NCBI GenBank assembly: GCA_039188505.1
Contig: JBCCZC010000002.1
Coordinates: 1-53,651, forward strand
DNA from: Pseudomonadota bacterium
GTDB lineage: Bacteria > Pseudomonadota > Gammaproteobacteria > Xanthomonadales > SZUA-38
Direction of reading: 5' to 3'
DNA: 53,651 nt
The notes under the pieces are model-generated. The model had not been told where the DNA came from. It made no database searches and saw only the letters and a program-made list of their open reading frames with translations. This document shows, piece by piece, positions 17,724 through 26,704 of this stretch. Position 1 is the first letter of the stretch. Each line of letters opens with the position of its first letter. Position numbers and translations under genes: made by a program.

Positions 17724-19110
17724 GCTGACACCGCTCCTGGCCGTGGTGCTCCTTGCCGCGTGCGTGGTCGGCCCGGACTACGTCCAGCCCGAGCTGGGTC
17801 CACCGGCCACCTACTGGGTCGATCCCGCCAACGCGAACGTGCTCGGCGACGGCGAGAGCCTGGCGCTGAGCAACTGGCGGGAAATCTACGACGATCCCGT
17901 GCTCGCCGCGCTCATCGAGCAGGCCCTCGCCAGCAATCTGGAGCTGGCCATCGCCCGTTCGCGCCTCAGGCAGGCGGGAGAATTCCTGATCCAGGCCCGC
18001 GCGCCGCTGTATCCGCAGGTCGGCGTGAGCCTGAATGCCGAGCGCGAGAAGGAATTCCAGGACATCGAGAACGAGCACGAGCTGGTGGGCTTCTTTGCCT
18101 GGGAGCTGGATCTCTTCGGCTTCAACCGCCGTAGCGCGCAAGCCGCCTACGCCGATCGCCTGAGCGTGGAGTACACGCTGTACCTCCAGCAGGTGAGCCT
18201 GATCGGGCTGGTGGCCGAGACGTATTTCGATTTCCTCGATGTCGCCACTCGCATCCAGATCGTCGAGAGCACGATCGAGACCCGCGCAGAGGCACTTCGC
18301 ATCCTCTCGCTCCGCCACGACAACGGCGTCATCTCCGGTCTCGACGTGCAACAGGCGCGGGTCGCGCTTGCCTCCGCGGAGGCTGCCCTGCCGGCGCTGG
18401 AGAATCGACGCTTCGTGCTCGCCAACGCACTGCAGACGCTCGTCGGTCAGGTGCCCGGGGAGCTGGAAGGCGACGGCGGCAGCGTCGCCGAACTCTGGTT
18501 CAATCTCGATCTTCCGGCGGCGATTCCCGCCGGGGTGCCGGCCGATCTGCTGCTGCGTCGGCCCGATCTGCTCGCCGCCGAGGCGGATCTGATGGCGGCG
18601 ACAGCGCGGGTCGGCGTCGCGACCGCGGATCGATTTCCGCGAATCGCCCTGACCGGTGATTATGGCTTGATCAGCAAGGAATTCGACGATCTGCTCGAGA
18701 GCGCGAGTGAGCGCTGGATCATCGCGGGCAACATCACGCAGCCCGTCTTCGAGGCCGGCGCCCGTCGCGCCGCGGTGTCCGCGGCCGAGGAGGCGCGCCA
18801 GCAGTCCCTGCTCGCCTATCGCCAGACGCTGCTCGCAGCCCTTGCCGAGGTCAGCAACAGCATCGACGGCTATGCGCGTAGCGGCGATATCTTCCGCACC
18901 GCCGAACAGCTTCTCGACGCCGCCCGTGAGTACCATCGGCTCGCCAACCTGCAGTACCGCGAGGGGGTGATCGGCTATATCGATGTGCTGGACGCCCAGC
19001 GGCAGCTCCTTGACGCGGAAACGTCGGTGAGCGCCGCCCGGCGCGTTCGCCTGACCACCCTCAGCAACGTCTATCGCGCCCTGGGCGGCGGGTGGTCCGC
19101 ACCGCCCTGA
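17716..19110 (+). CDS. efflux outer-membrane factor lipoprotein (NodT/OprM family)
   Basis: LAA-C VVGPDY, WELDLFG, P.DLLLRRPD, VYRALGGGW. GTG 17716 overlaps the end of the permease. Confidence 0.94.
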   Translation: MARLTPLLAVVLLAACVVGPDYVQPELGPPATYWVDPANANVLGDGESLALSNWREIYDDPVLAALIEQALASNLELAIARSRLRQAGEFLIQARAPLYPQVGVSLNAEREKEFQDIENEHELVGFFAWELDLFGFNRRSAQAAYADRLSVEYTLYLQQVSLIGLVAETYFDFLDVATRIQIVESTIETRAEALRILSLRHDNGVISGLDVQQARVALASAEAALPALENRRFVLANALQTLVGQVPGELEGDGGSVAELWFNLDLPAAIPAGVPADLLLRRPDLLAAEADLMAATARVGVATADRFPRIALTGDYGLISKEFDDLLESASERWIIAGNITQPVFEAGARRAAVSAAEEARQQSLLAYRQTLLAALAEVSNSIDGYARSGDIFRTAEQLLDAAREYHRLANLQYREGVIGYIDVLDAQRQLLDAETSVSAARRVRLTTLSNVYRALGGGWSAPP

Positions 19111-19192
19111 GGCGCTCCTCCCCGGCCGCGCCGCGGCGATCGTCTCTTCGGACACGATTCAACGGGAACGACAGCCCGCCGCGTACCCCCAT

Positions 19193-19816
19193 TTACCGCC
19201 CGGCCCGGTTGGCCTCACGCAGGGAGCGTTCCGCGGCGAGCCCGAGCTCGAGAATGGTCTCGATGCGTTGCGCATCCGTCAGGTGGCCGGCCATGCGGGC
19301 TTTCCAGCGGTAACGCTCCAGCTCCCAACCGGCATCCGTCGCGGCCACGACCGCTGCCCTCCCGTCGGCGCCAAGGGCGGTCAGCGTCGCGGCCTCCATG
19401 GCGGAGACGATGACTGATTCGTCGAACGCCGCATCCCCCGAGACAACCCGCTCGTCGCCCGACACCCCGCCGATCGTGAGTTCCCGGAGGCTTGCGGGCA
19501 CGATCCGGCCGCTCGGCCCCCGCGGCGCCTGGATCACGAAGTCGGTGTAGTTGCGGAAGTCGGTGCCGCCGGAACGCTCGGACAGGGTCCGGACCGACAC
19601 GCCCACACCGTCGATCTGACCGTTCATGGCGCTGTGCCGACCGTTGCGCACGGCCGTGAGCCCGAGTTCGTCCGCGACCATGCCGAGCGCATCCGCGGCG
19701 GCTCCCCGTTCCCACACGCGGTAGCCGATCATCGCCGCGACGATAGCCACCATCGCGACGATGCCTCGGACGCCGCCGAACGCGTCGAGCTTCGACGTCG
19801 CCTCGGCCGTCCCCAC
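19193..19816 (-). CDS. hypothetical membrane-anchored protein
   Basis: One N-terminal TM helix, then a soluble domain (SGDAAFDES motif); follows the autotransporter on the same strand. Start uncertain (19816 or 19753). Confidence 0.6.
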   Translation of the reverse strand: MGTAEATSKLDAFGGVRGIVAMVAIVAAMIGYRVWERGAAADALGMVADELGLTAVRNGRHSAMNGQIDGVGVSVRTLSERSGGTDFRNYTDFVIQAPRGPSGRIVPASLRELTIGGVSGDERVVSGDAAFDESVIVSAMEAATLTALGADGRAAVVAATDAGWELERYRWKARMAGHLTDAQRIETILELGLAAERSLREANRAGR

Positions 19817-19824
19817 GCCCCCGC

Positions 19825-21765
19825 TCACCAGCGCCACCCGAGGCCGAGGCCGATCCGCCAGCCGTCGAGGCGATCCGCGCCTTCGATGCCTTCGAGCGCG
19901 ACCCGGAGATCGAGATCCGTGCCGAGACGCCACACGAAGCCGGCGTCGAGGCGGAAGTAGTCATCGTCCGGCACACCCAGGTCGAAGCTTCGAACGACGT
20001 CGGGTGCACTCACGAGACTGCTGGCGATCCGCTGCTCGTCGTCGGAGAAATCAGCGTGGTAGTAGAGACCCGCGCTGGGCTGGAACCGCGCCTCGCTGCT
20101 CGCTGCAGCAAGCCGGATGCCGAGTTCGGCGAAGGACGAGGTAGATTCCCGGCTCGCAACAATCTGTTCGAGCGCGACCGCGCCGGCTTCCGTGTAGCCA
20201 TCGACGTCCGCTTCCGCCCGGCCCAGCCGTAGCGCCGGCGTGACCAGTAGGCTACCGCGCTCGAGCGGCAGCGCGAGCTGGGCAAGTACGGCGTACGTGT
20301 CGCCATCCGTGTCAGCCCGGGCGATCTGGCTGGCAACGCCGGTCACACGGAAGACGTCGTCGAGGTCATCATCGCCGAGGCTCGCCGCCACATCGAACTC
20401 GAAGTTGCCCAGGGAGCGTCCCGCGGCGAGGCCGAAGCGGAGACTGTCGAGATCGAAGCCGGCATCGATCCCGCGATGACGGATATCGCCGCGCTCCACC
20501 CCGAGGGCGGCCGCGAAGCGCCAGGCGCCGGCGCCGTTGCGCCAGCCCAGCGTGAGGCGGTCGAAATCGGCGTCGTAGCCGAATGCGAAGGTTTCTCCAT
20601 CCCGGCGCCATTCGCTGCGCTCATAGTCGAGCCAGAGACCCGACGCCCCCTGCGCCGCCAGCAGGCGCTCGGTGAACTGGGTCGCGGCGAGGCGCGGCGC
20701 CTCGGCCTGGGCGGCCAGGGTCTTGGGCGCGTTCACGGTGTCGGCAAGCGCCGCGGCCGTGATCGCGTGGACCGCCGTCGTCGGGAAGAACTCGTCCCAG
20801 AAGAGGAACTGGTCCGCCAGCGCGGGATCGCCGACGCATTCAGCCACCAGCAGGCAGGGCGTGTCGACGTTCACGAGCCCGTACTTCGCCGGGTTCGCAA
20901 CGATGTCCGAGAGCAGCGTCGCGCTGTCGAAGACGCTGACGACGGCGTTGGTGTTGGCGTTGAGTCGCGCGGCTTCGGCCCGGACCGTGGCGTTGCTGAC
21001 CTCGCTGAAGAGCGTGCCGGCCGCGCTGCCCGCCAGACCGCCGGCCTGCGCGGCGGGCGTCTGGCCGATGTCCGGCAGCAGCACGAGGACGACCTGCTGC
21101 GCACCGGCGTCGATGAGACGCCCGGCAGACGCGGCCGTGTTGACGCCGTTGGTCACGGCGCCGCCCTGGATCGTCGCGAGCGCCGCCTCGCCAGTCAGGC
21201 CGAGCGCCGCCGTGGTATTCAGCGCGAGCGCGCCGTCATTGGCGCTGGCGTAGATCACCATCAGGTCATCGGGTCCGAGCGCCGGTCGCGCGGCGAGATA
21301 GCGGCTCACCTGGTTGGCGACGTCGGTTTCGTTGAGCGGTGTCAGCTGGCGGCCGACCGGCGCCGGAATCGCACCGCCGTTGCCGACGATCGTGCCGCCG
21401 GTGAGGATCACGGGCAGCGGCGCCGAGAAGGCGTTGCCGACCGCGCGATGGTCGACGCCCCCAGCGGGCACGCCCAGCAGCCCCGCGAGGTACTCCACCG
21501 CCACCGGACCGTTGGAGAAACGGTTCCCGAAGTATGGCGGCGAGGGCGGGAAGTTGGTATCGAAGGGCCCCTGCCCGGCCGCGTTTCCGGCCGCGAGAAG
21601 GCCCGGAATGTTGCCCGGATCGGCCACGTTGTCGCCGAACGTCGCCAGGGCCTGAATCGTCTGTCCGGTCGCCAGCGACGGCAGTCCAGTCACGGCGAGC
21701 AGCAGCACAAGCAGGAGGACGCGGCGGCCATCACCGCGGCGGGTTCGGTCTTCGAATCGGGTCAT
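19825..21765 (-). CDS. GDSL/SGNH-fold passenger + autotransporter beta-barrel (EstA-like), catalytic residues substituted
   Basis: Signal peptide; FGDNVADPGN, RFSNGPV, ASAND, NPAKYGL.NV..PC, FLFWDEFFPT; barrel-type C-terminus ending GLGWRW. Confidence 0.88.
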   Translation of the reverse strand: MTRFEDRTRRGDGRRVLLLVLLLAVTGLPSLATGQTIQALATFGDNVADPGNIPGLLAAGNAAGQGPFDTNFPPSPPYFGNRFSNGPVAVEYLAGLLGVPAGGVDHRAVGNAFSAPLPVILTGGTIVGNGGAIPAPVGRQLTPLNETDVANQVSRYLAARPALGPDDLMVIYASANDGALALNTTAALGLTGEAALATIQGGAVTNGVNTAASAGRLIDAGAQQVVLVLLPDIGQTPAAQAGGLAGSAAGTLFSEVSNATVRAEAARLNANTNAVVSVFDSATLLSDIVANPAKYGLVNVDTPCLLVAECVGDPALADQFLFWDEFFPTTAVHAITAAALADTVNAPKTLAAQAEAPRLAATQFTERLLAAQGASGLWLDYERSEWRRDGETFAFGYDADFDRLTLGWRNGAGAWRFAAALGVERGDIRHRGIDAGFDLDSLRFGLAAGRSLGNFEFDVAASLGDDDLDDVFRVTGVASQIARADTDGDTYAVLAQLALPLERGSLLVTPALRLGRAEADVDGYTEAGAVALEQIVASRESTSSFAELGIRLAAASSEARFQPSAGLYYHADFSDDEQRIASSLVSAPDVVRSFDLGVPDDDYFRLDAGFVWRLGTDLDLRVALEGIEGADRLDGWRIGLGLGWRW

Positions 21766-21860
21766 CGAGGCTCTCCTTGGCAGCTTTCCTGATCAGTAAC
21801 GCACCGATTCGGAAAGAAAGGGATCATCCGCCCCCCGGAATCATCGATGCGGTCGACGGA

Positions 21861-22475
21861 TCAGGCCGGACCGTTCGCGGCCTCGCGGCCGAGTTCCCGC
21901 GCCATCCAGGCCCGGGCCAGGCGCCAGCTGCGCTTCACGGTGATGACGCTCAGATCGAGGGCGGCCGCCGTTTCCTCGTTCGTGTAGCCCGCGAAGTATC
22001 GACATTCGGTCACCCGCGATGCCCTTGGATCGACCTGCCCAAGGCCTTCGAGCAGTCGGTCCACGGTGAGGATCTCCTCGTAGCGATCTTCGCTGACTAG
22101 CTGTCCAAGCACGTCGCCCCGATCGAGGTCCACGCGCTGGGCGCCGCCACCGCGCTTCTGTCGGCTTCGATCCCGCGCGTGGTTCACGAGAATGCGCCGC
22201 ATGGCCGTGCTGGCCACGGAGAAGAACTGGGCGCGGTTTTCCCAGCGGCTCCGGTCCTGGGCGGCCAGCTTGAGGTAGGCCTCGTTGACGAGGGCCGTCG
22301 CCGACAGCGTGTGGTCCGGCCGCTCCGCGCACAGCTGGTGCTGGGCGAGCCGGCGCAGCTCGTCGTAAACGTGCTCAAAGGCGGCAGCGACACCGCCCCC
22401 GCCATCCTCGGTCGTGTTCAGGAGGGCGGTGAGCGTCTGCGCGGGCTTGTCGTCTTCGCTGGCGATGGGTGACAC
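21861..22475 (-). CDS. ECF sigma factor, kinase-associated type (TIGR02999/ECF43-like)
   Basis: VYDELRRLAQHQL..ERPDHTLSATALVNEAYLKL...MRRILVNHAR...ECRYFAGYTNEETA...W.LARAW. Start estimated at GTG 22475. Confidence 0.9.
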   Translation of the reverse strand: MSPIASEDDKPAQTLTALLNTTEDGGGGVAAAFEHVYDELRRLAQHQLCAERPDHTLSATALVNEAYLKLAAQDRSRWENRAQFFSVASTAMRRILVNHARDRSRQKRGGGAQRVDLDRGDVLGQLVSEDRYEEILTVDRLLEGLGQVDPRASRVTECRYFAGYTNEETAAALDLSVITVKRSWRLARAWMARELGREAANGPA

Positions 22476-22586
22476 CGGCACTGGGAACGTCCTCGGAATA
22501 CTAGCGTCTCCCCCCGGCGGCGACGACCGCGCGGTTCCGCGGCTCGAATCGTCACGGCGGCGTGACCGCTTGCTAGACTGCATTCC

Positions 22587-24932
22587 ATGAGCGACCGACG
22601 ATCGACAGAACCGCGCGAGGCCGCCGACACCCCGGCCTGGGAAGCCGTTGCGGCGACATTCGATTCGCTGGCCGAGGCGGAGCCCGCGGAGCGAAAGGCC
22701 CGGCTTGCGGCGCTCGAACGAACCGAGCCCGCCCTGGCCGCGGAAGTCGCATCGCTGCTCGAGGGTCTGGCCGACGAACAAGGGTTCCTCGCGCGGCCCG
22801 CGGCCGACCTGGAGGCGACGCCGGTCGGCGCCGGCGGCCACCCCGAGCGGATCGACGCCTATCGCGTTCTGGATCGCCTCGGCCGCGGCGGCATGGGGAC
22901 CGTGTACCGAGCCGTCCGCGAGGACGGACCGCTCGATCAGCCGGTGGCAATCAAGGTCGTCCGCGCCGCTGATGGGGATCCGACCCGGCTCCAGCGCTTT
23001 GCCCGCGAGGCGCGGCTACTGTCCCGCCTCGACCACCCGGGCATCGCCCGCCCCCTCGATGCCGGCACGCTCGACGACGACACCGCCTGGCTCGTCATGG
23101 AGTATGTCGACGGCGTCCGCATCGACCGCTACTGCGCCGACGCGAAGCTCGGGCGGCGCGAGCGAATCCGGCTCATCATCGCGCTCTGCGAGGCCGTCCA
23201 GTTCGCGCACCGCAACCTGGTCGTGCACCGGGACATCAAGCCCGCCAACGTCCTCGTGGACGCCGAGGGTCGGCCGCGCCTGCTCGACTTCGGCATTGCG
23301 CGAATGCTAGAGGCGGACGATCAGGGCGAGCTGACGATCACCGGCCAGGCGGCGCTGACACCCCGCTATGCCAGCCCCGAGCAGTTCGCCGGGGAGATGA
23401 TCACGACGGCGACGGACGTCTATGCACTCGGCGCGCTGGCGTACGAGCTTCTCTGCGGCCGCCCGCCGCTCGATCTCGACGGCCTCGCCCTGCCCGCCAT
23501 GATCGAGCGCGTGTGCGAGCAGCCGCCGGAGCGGCCGAGCGTCGCGGCAGGAGATTCCGGTCTTCGGGGCGATCTCGACGCCATCCTCCTGACCGCGCTC
23601 CGAAAGGAACCGGCCCGGCGCTATGCCAGCGCCGGAGATCTGGCGGCGGATCTGCAACGACATCTTGCGGGCGAACCCGTGCTTGCTCACGCCGACTCGC
23701 TACGCTACCGGGCCGGCAAGTTCCTTCGGCGCCACGCCGGAGCCGTCCTGGCCGGGGTTGTCTTCGCGGTCTCGCTCACCGTCCTGGCCACCGTCGCCAC
23801 GATCCAGGCCATCGATGCGGAGCGGGCCCGGGCAGAGGCGGAAGCGGAAGCGGCACGCGCGGCCAGCGTCCTCGGATTCTTCCAGGAGATGCTCGGGTCC
23901 GCGGATCCAGCGAAGGCGCAGGGCGAAGATCCGACGGTCCGCGCCCTCCTGGACCGAACGGCGACCAGCCTCACCGACTCCGGGCTCGATCCGCTGGCGC
24001 TGGGAACGGTGCAGGAGACCGTGGCCTCGACGTACCTGACGCTGGGGCTGCCCGATCCCGGTCTTCCGCTGGCGGAGTCGGCCAGCGCCTTGCTGACCGA
24101 GGCCCTTGGTGAAGCGCATCCGCGCACGCTCGCGGCTCGGCACGCGGAAGCCCGATTCCACCTGTACAGCGCGAACTTCGCGCGCGCGATCGAGATTCTG
24201 GAGCCCACCTTCGAAGCGCGTCGCCGGGTCCTCGGCGACGCCATGGACACGATGTCGACGCTGCACAACCTGGCCTACGCCTACGCCGGGGCCGGCGAGG
24301 TGGAGCGAGCCCTGAATCTCGATCTGGTCCAGCTCGAGATCGTCGAGCGGCTCAGCGGGAAGGGCAGCCCCGAGGCGCTGACCACGATGATCAGCGTGGG
24401 CCATGGCTACTACAGCGCTGGCCGACTGGACGAGGCGCTTGCGATCTTCCGCGAGGTCTACGAAGGCCAGCGAGCGCACCTCGGCGAGCGCCACCCCACC
24501 ACCCTCAGCGCGCTGCACAACTATGCCACGCTCACGCGTCAGACCGGCGCTGTGGAGGAAGCCGAAGCGCGCTACCGGGAGCTGGTGCAGCTCCGCCGCG
24601 AGGTGCTCGGTGACCGCCACGCCCAGACGCTCAACTCGATCCATAATCTCGGCGAGCTCTATCTTCTGCTCGAGCGGCCGGAAGACGCCGCGCCGCATAT
24701 CGAGGCAGCCCTGGCCGGTCGCCGCGAGGCCCTCGGCCCAGGCCACCCCGACAGCATCGAATCGCTGGTCGCACTGACGCGCCTTCGGCTACAGCAGGAA
24801 AGGCCAGCCGATGCCCGGGCCGCGGCGGAAGCGGCCGAGTCGCTCGCCCGCGAACATCTGCCTCCCGAGGCCGAACAGTGGGACAAGGTCAGCGAGGCCC
24901 TGGCCCTTTCCGCCGCGGACCCAGCGCCCTAG
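22587..24932 (+). CDS. membrane-anchored Hanks-type Ser/Thr protein kinase with C-terminal TPR-like repeats
   Basis: LGRGGMGTV, VAIK, HRDIKPAN, DFG, TPRYASPE; TM helix; repeats such as LG.RHPTTLSALHNYA. Confidence 0.93.
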   Translation: MSDRRSTEPREAADTPAWEAVAATFDSLAEAEPAERKARLAALERTEPALAAEVASLLEGLADEQGFLARPAADLEATPVGAGGHPERIDAYRVLDRLGRGGMGTVYRAVREDGPLDQPVAIKVVRAADGDPTRLQRFAREARLLSRLDHPGIARPLDAGTLDDDTAWLVMEYVDGVRIDRYCADAKLGRRERIRLIIALCEAVQFAHRNLVVHRDIKPANVLVDAEGRPRLLDFGIARMLEADDQGELTITGQAALTPRYASPEQFAGEMITTATDVYALGALAYELLCGRPPLDLDGLALPAMIERVCEQPPERPSVAAGDSGLRGDLDAILLTALRKEPARRYASAGDLAADLQRHLAGEPVLAHADSLRYRAGKFLRRHAGAVLAGVVFAVSLTVLATVATIQAIDAERARAEAEAEAARAASVLGFFQEMLGSADPAKAQGEDPTVRALLDRTATSLTDSGLDPLALGTVQETVASTYLTLGLPDPGLPLAESASALLTEALGEAHPRTLAARHAEARFHLYSANFARAIEILEPTFEARRRVLGDAMDTMSTLHNLAYAYAGAGEVERALNLDLVQLEIVERLSGKGSPEALTTMISVGHGYYSAGRLDEALAIFREVYEGQRAHLGERHPTTLSALHNYATLTRQTGAVEEAEARYRELVQLRREVLGDRHAQTLNSIHNLGELYLLLERPEDAAPHIEAALAGRREALGPGHPDSIESLVALTRLRLQQERPADARAAAEAAESLAREHLPPEAEQWDKVSEALALSAADPAP

Positions 24933-24949
24933 CGTTCGCTCCGGCACGC

Positions 24950-25232
24950 ACGGGTGTTGACCCGGGGCTCGAACGGGCTGCACGCAGGGCGTAGGCGCCG
25001 CCCCAGACGCGAGGGTTCTCGCGGCCGCTCAGATCCTCGGAGAGCGCGAGCCTGCGCGACCACCCCGACGTGGTAGCGGGCGGCGATCGGTTCGTTGACG
25101 GCGTCATGGCCGAGTATCCGAGCGGTGCCGGAGGTCGGCTACAACAGTCCGGCGATGCAGTTGATCGCCGTCGACTTGCCCCGTTCGGCCCCAGCAGCCC
25201 GAAAATCTTCCCGCCCGGGTTCGACTAGACTG
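24950..25232 (-). pseudogene. decayed N-terminal remnant of an ABC-2/DrrA-type ATP-binding protein
   Basis: Across shifting frames reads IFGLLGPNGA / GKSTAINCIAGLL*PTSGTARILGHDAVNEPIAARYHVGVVAQ / LALSEDLSGRENPRVWGGAYALR; frameshifts and TAG at 25139-25141. Confidence 0.75.
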
Positions 25233-25267
25233 TGGTGGGCGAGGATCGCCTGCACCGGACAAGGATC

Positions 25268-26461
25268 GTGACCCACCGAATCGCTGTTTCCCTGCTTCTG
25301 CTGATGGGCCTGACGCACGCCCACGCCCAGAGCAACCGCACCCTGGAACTGGCCCCGTTCGCACCTCTCGCGGATCAGGATTTTCTGATCCTCATCCAGG
25401 ACGAGTGGCTGGACGGGTGCCTCGGCACGGTCGAGATGAGCATCACCGCCGAGAAGATCGCGATCTTCGCCCGGGCCGCCAATCCGCCGCCGGGCGTCGG
25501 TTGCACCGACGCGCCGGTCCCCTTCCGCCGGATCTTCAATCCCCGCGCGGCGGCGCCGGGCTTCGACTTCGGTGAAGCGCTGTTCGTCGAATACTTCTTC
25601 GACGCCGGTGACGGGCCTGAACTCCGGAGTGGCTATGCGGGGAATTTCAGAACCGACTCGGCCGGCACATTTCCGGTTCAGACGGGCAGCTGGGTCACGC
25701 CCGGGATCGCGAGCTCCGGGCTGTTCATCGACCAGCAGCGGGACATCATGACCGCTCTCCTGGCGGACTACGACGAGGACGGCAAGGCGGTCTGGTTTTA
25801 CGGCGCGGGCCGGGTGACCGGATCCGCCTTCTCCGCCCCCCTGCAGCGCTTCGACGAGGTCGACTGCGTGACCGAACCCTGCGAACGGGTTGCCGCGGGT
25901 GAGACCGGACGAATTGACATCGTCATGCGGGGCTTCGACGAGATCGTCGTGGCGGTCGACGGCCTGCCGCTTTCCGCGCGCATCGATCAGACCGAGGCGC
26001 GGGTCTACCAGCGACTCCCGTTCTCGCGCGACGCCGCTCTCGCGGCAACACCGCCGGAGCTGCCGGACCTGACGGGCCGCTGGCTGGTCGGTATACGCAG
26101 CGATCTTGGGCGGCCGGAGGACTACCGGCCCTATGACATCGCGTTCGACCGGGTGGGCCGGATCGACGATCGAACGGGCTATTTCTTCCTCGCTCGGGAG
26201 GTCGGGGGCATGGAGGAACCTCGGACCTTCGAGCTGATCTGCGTCGAGGCCGAAGGCCTGAGCGCCCCGGGAAGCTGCGTCATCGCCGATTACGTCGATG
26301 ACGGCCCGAATCGGTGCACCCTGGTCGACGTCAACTGGCGTCGGGTCGGGATCGAGCGCGCACACGGCCAGGCAAGCTGCAACAGCAACTTCATTCTCGA
26401 ATCCGTGTTCGACATGTTCCGCGTCGCCTTTCCCGCCAACGACCCGGGGTCGCGGCGCTAG
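25268..26461 (+). CDS. secreted hypothetical protein, Cys-containing
   Basis: GTG 25268; signal peptide ending AHA-Q; internal GSWVTPG..SSGLFI...YDEDGKAVWFYG module. Confidence 0.7.
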   Translation: MTHRIAVSLLLLMGLTHAHAQSNRTLELAPFAPLADQDFLILIQDEWLDGCLGTVEMSITAEKIAIFARAANPPPGVGCTDAPVPFRRIFNPRAAAPGFDFGEALFVEYFFDAGDGPELRSGYAGNFRTDSAGTFPVQTGSWVTPGIASSGLFIDQQRDIMTALLADYDEDGKAVWFYGAGRVTGSAFSAPLQRFDEVDCVTEPCERVAAGETGRIDIVMRGFDEIVVAVDGLPLSARIDQTEARVYQRLPFSRDAALAATPPELPDLTGRWLVGIRSDLGRPEDYRPYDIAFDRVGRIDDRTGYFFLAREVGGMEEPRTFELICVEAEGLSAPGSCVIADYVDDGPNRCTLVDVNWRRVGIERAHGQASCNSNFILESVFDMFRVAFPANDPGSRR

Positions 26462-26704
26462 CGCACCCCGTCAGGCGAGCAGCACCGGGCGCGAGCCACC
26501 AACCGCGTCCGACCGCGGAGAGCCAGCGAAGGCCGGAGAGCCCCGGCCCGAAGCGTGCGATCTGTCCGCTGTCGACGATGGCCTGCTGGGCGTCAAACCT
26601 GATCGCTTCAGCCACCGGCGTTGGGCACGGACGTCGTTGCCCTGCCCCTGACCGGTTGGTAAGGTCAGGACAGTCTAGGCAGCGCCCTCCAGGCGGGACG
26701 ACGG

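Noticed and set aside
13372-19110. RND efflux triplet as a novelty
   Set aside because: Canonical MFP-RND-OMF operon with intact motifs.
26462-26704. Possible gene remnant or small ORF (26391-26615, minus strand)
   Set aside because: No recognisable motif; overlaps the upstream gene; cannot be supported without BLASTX.
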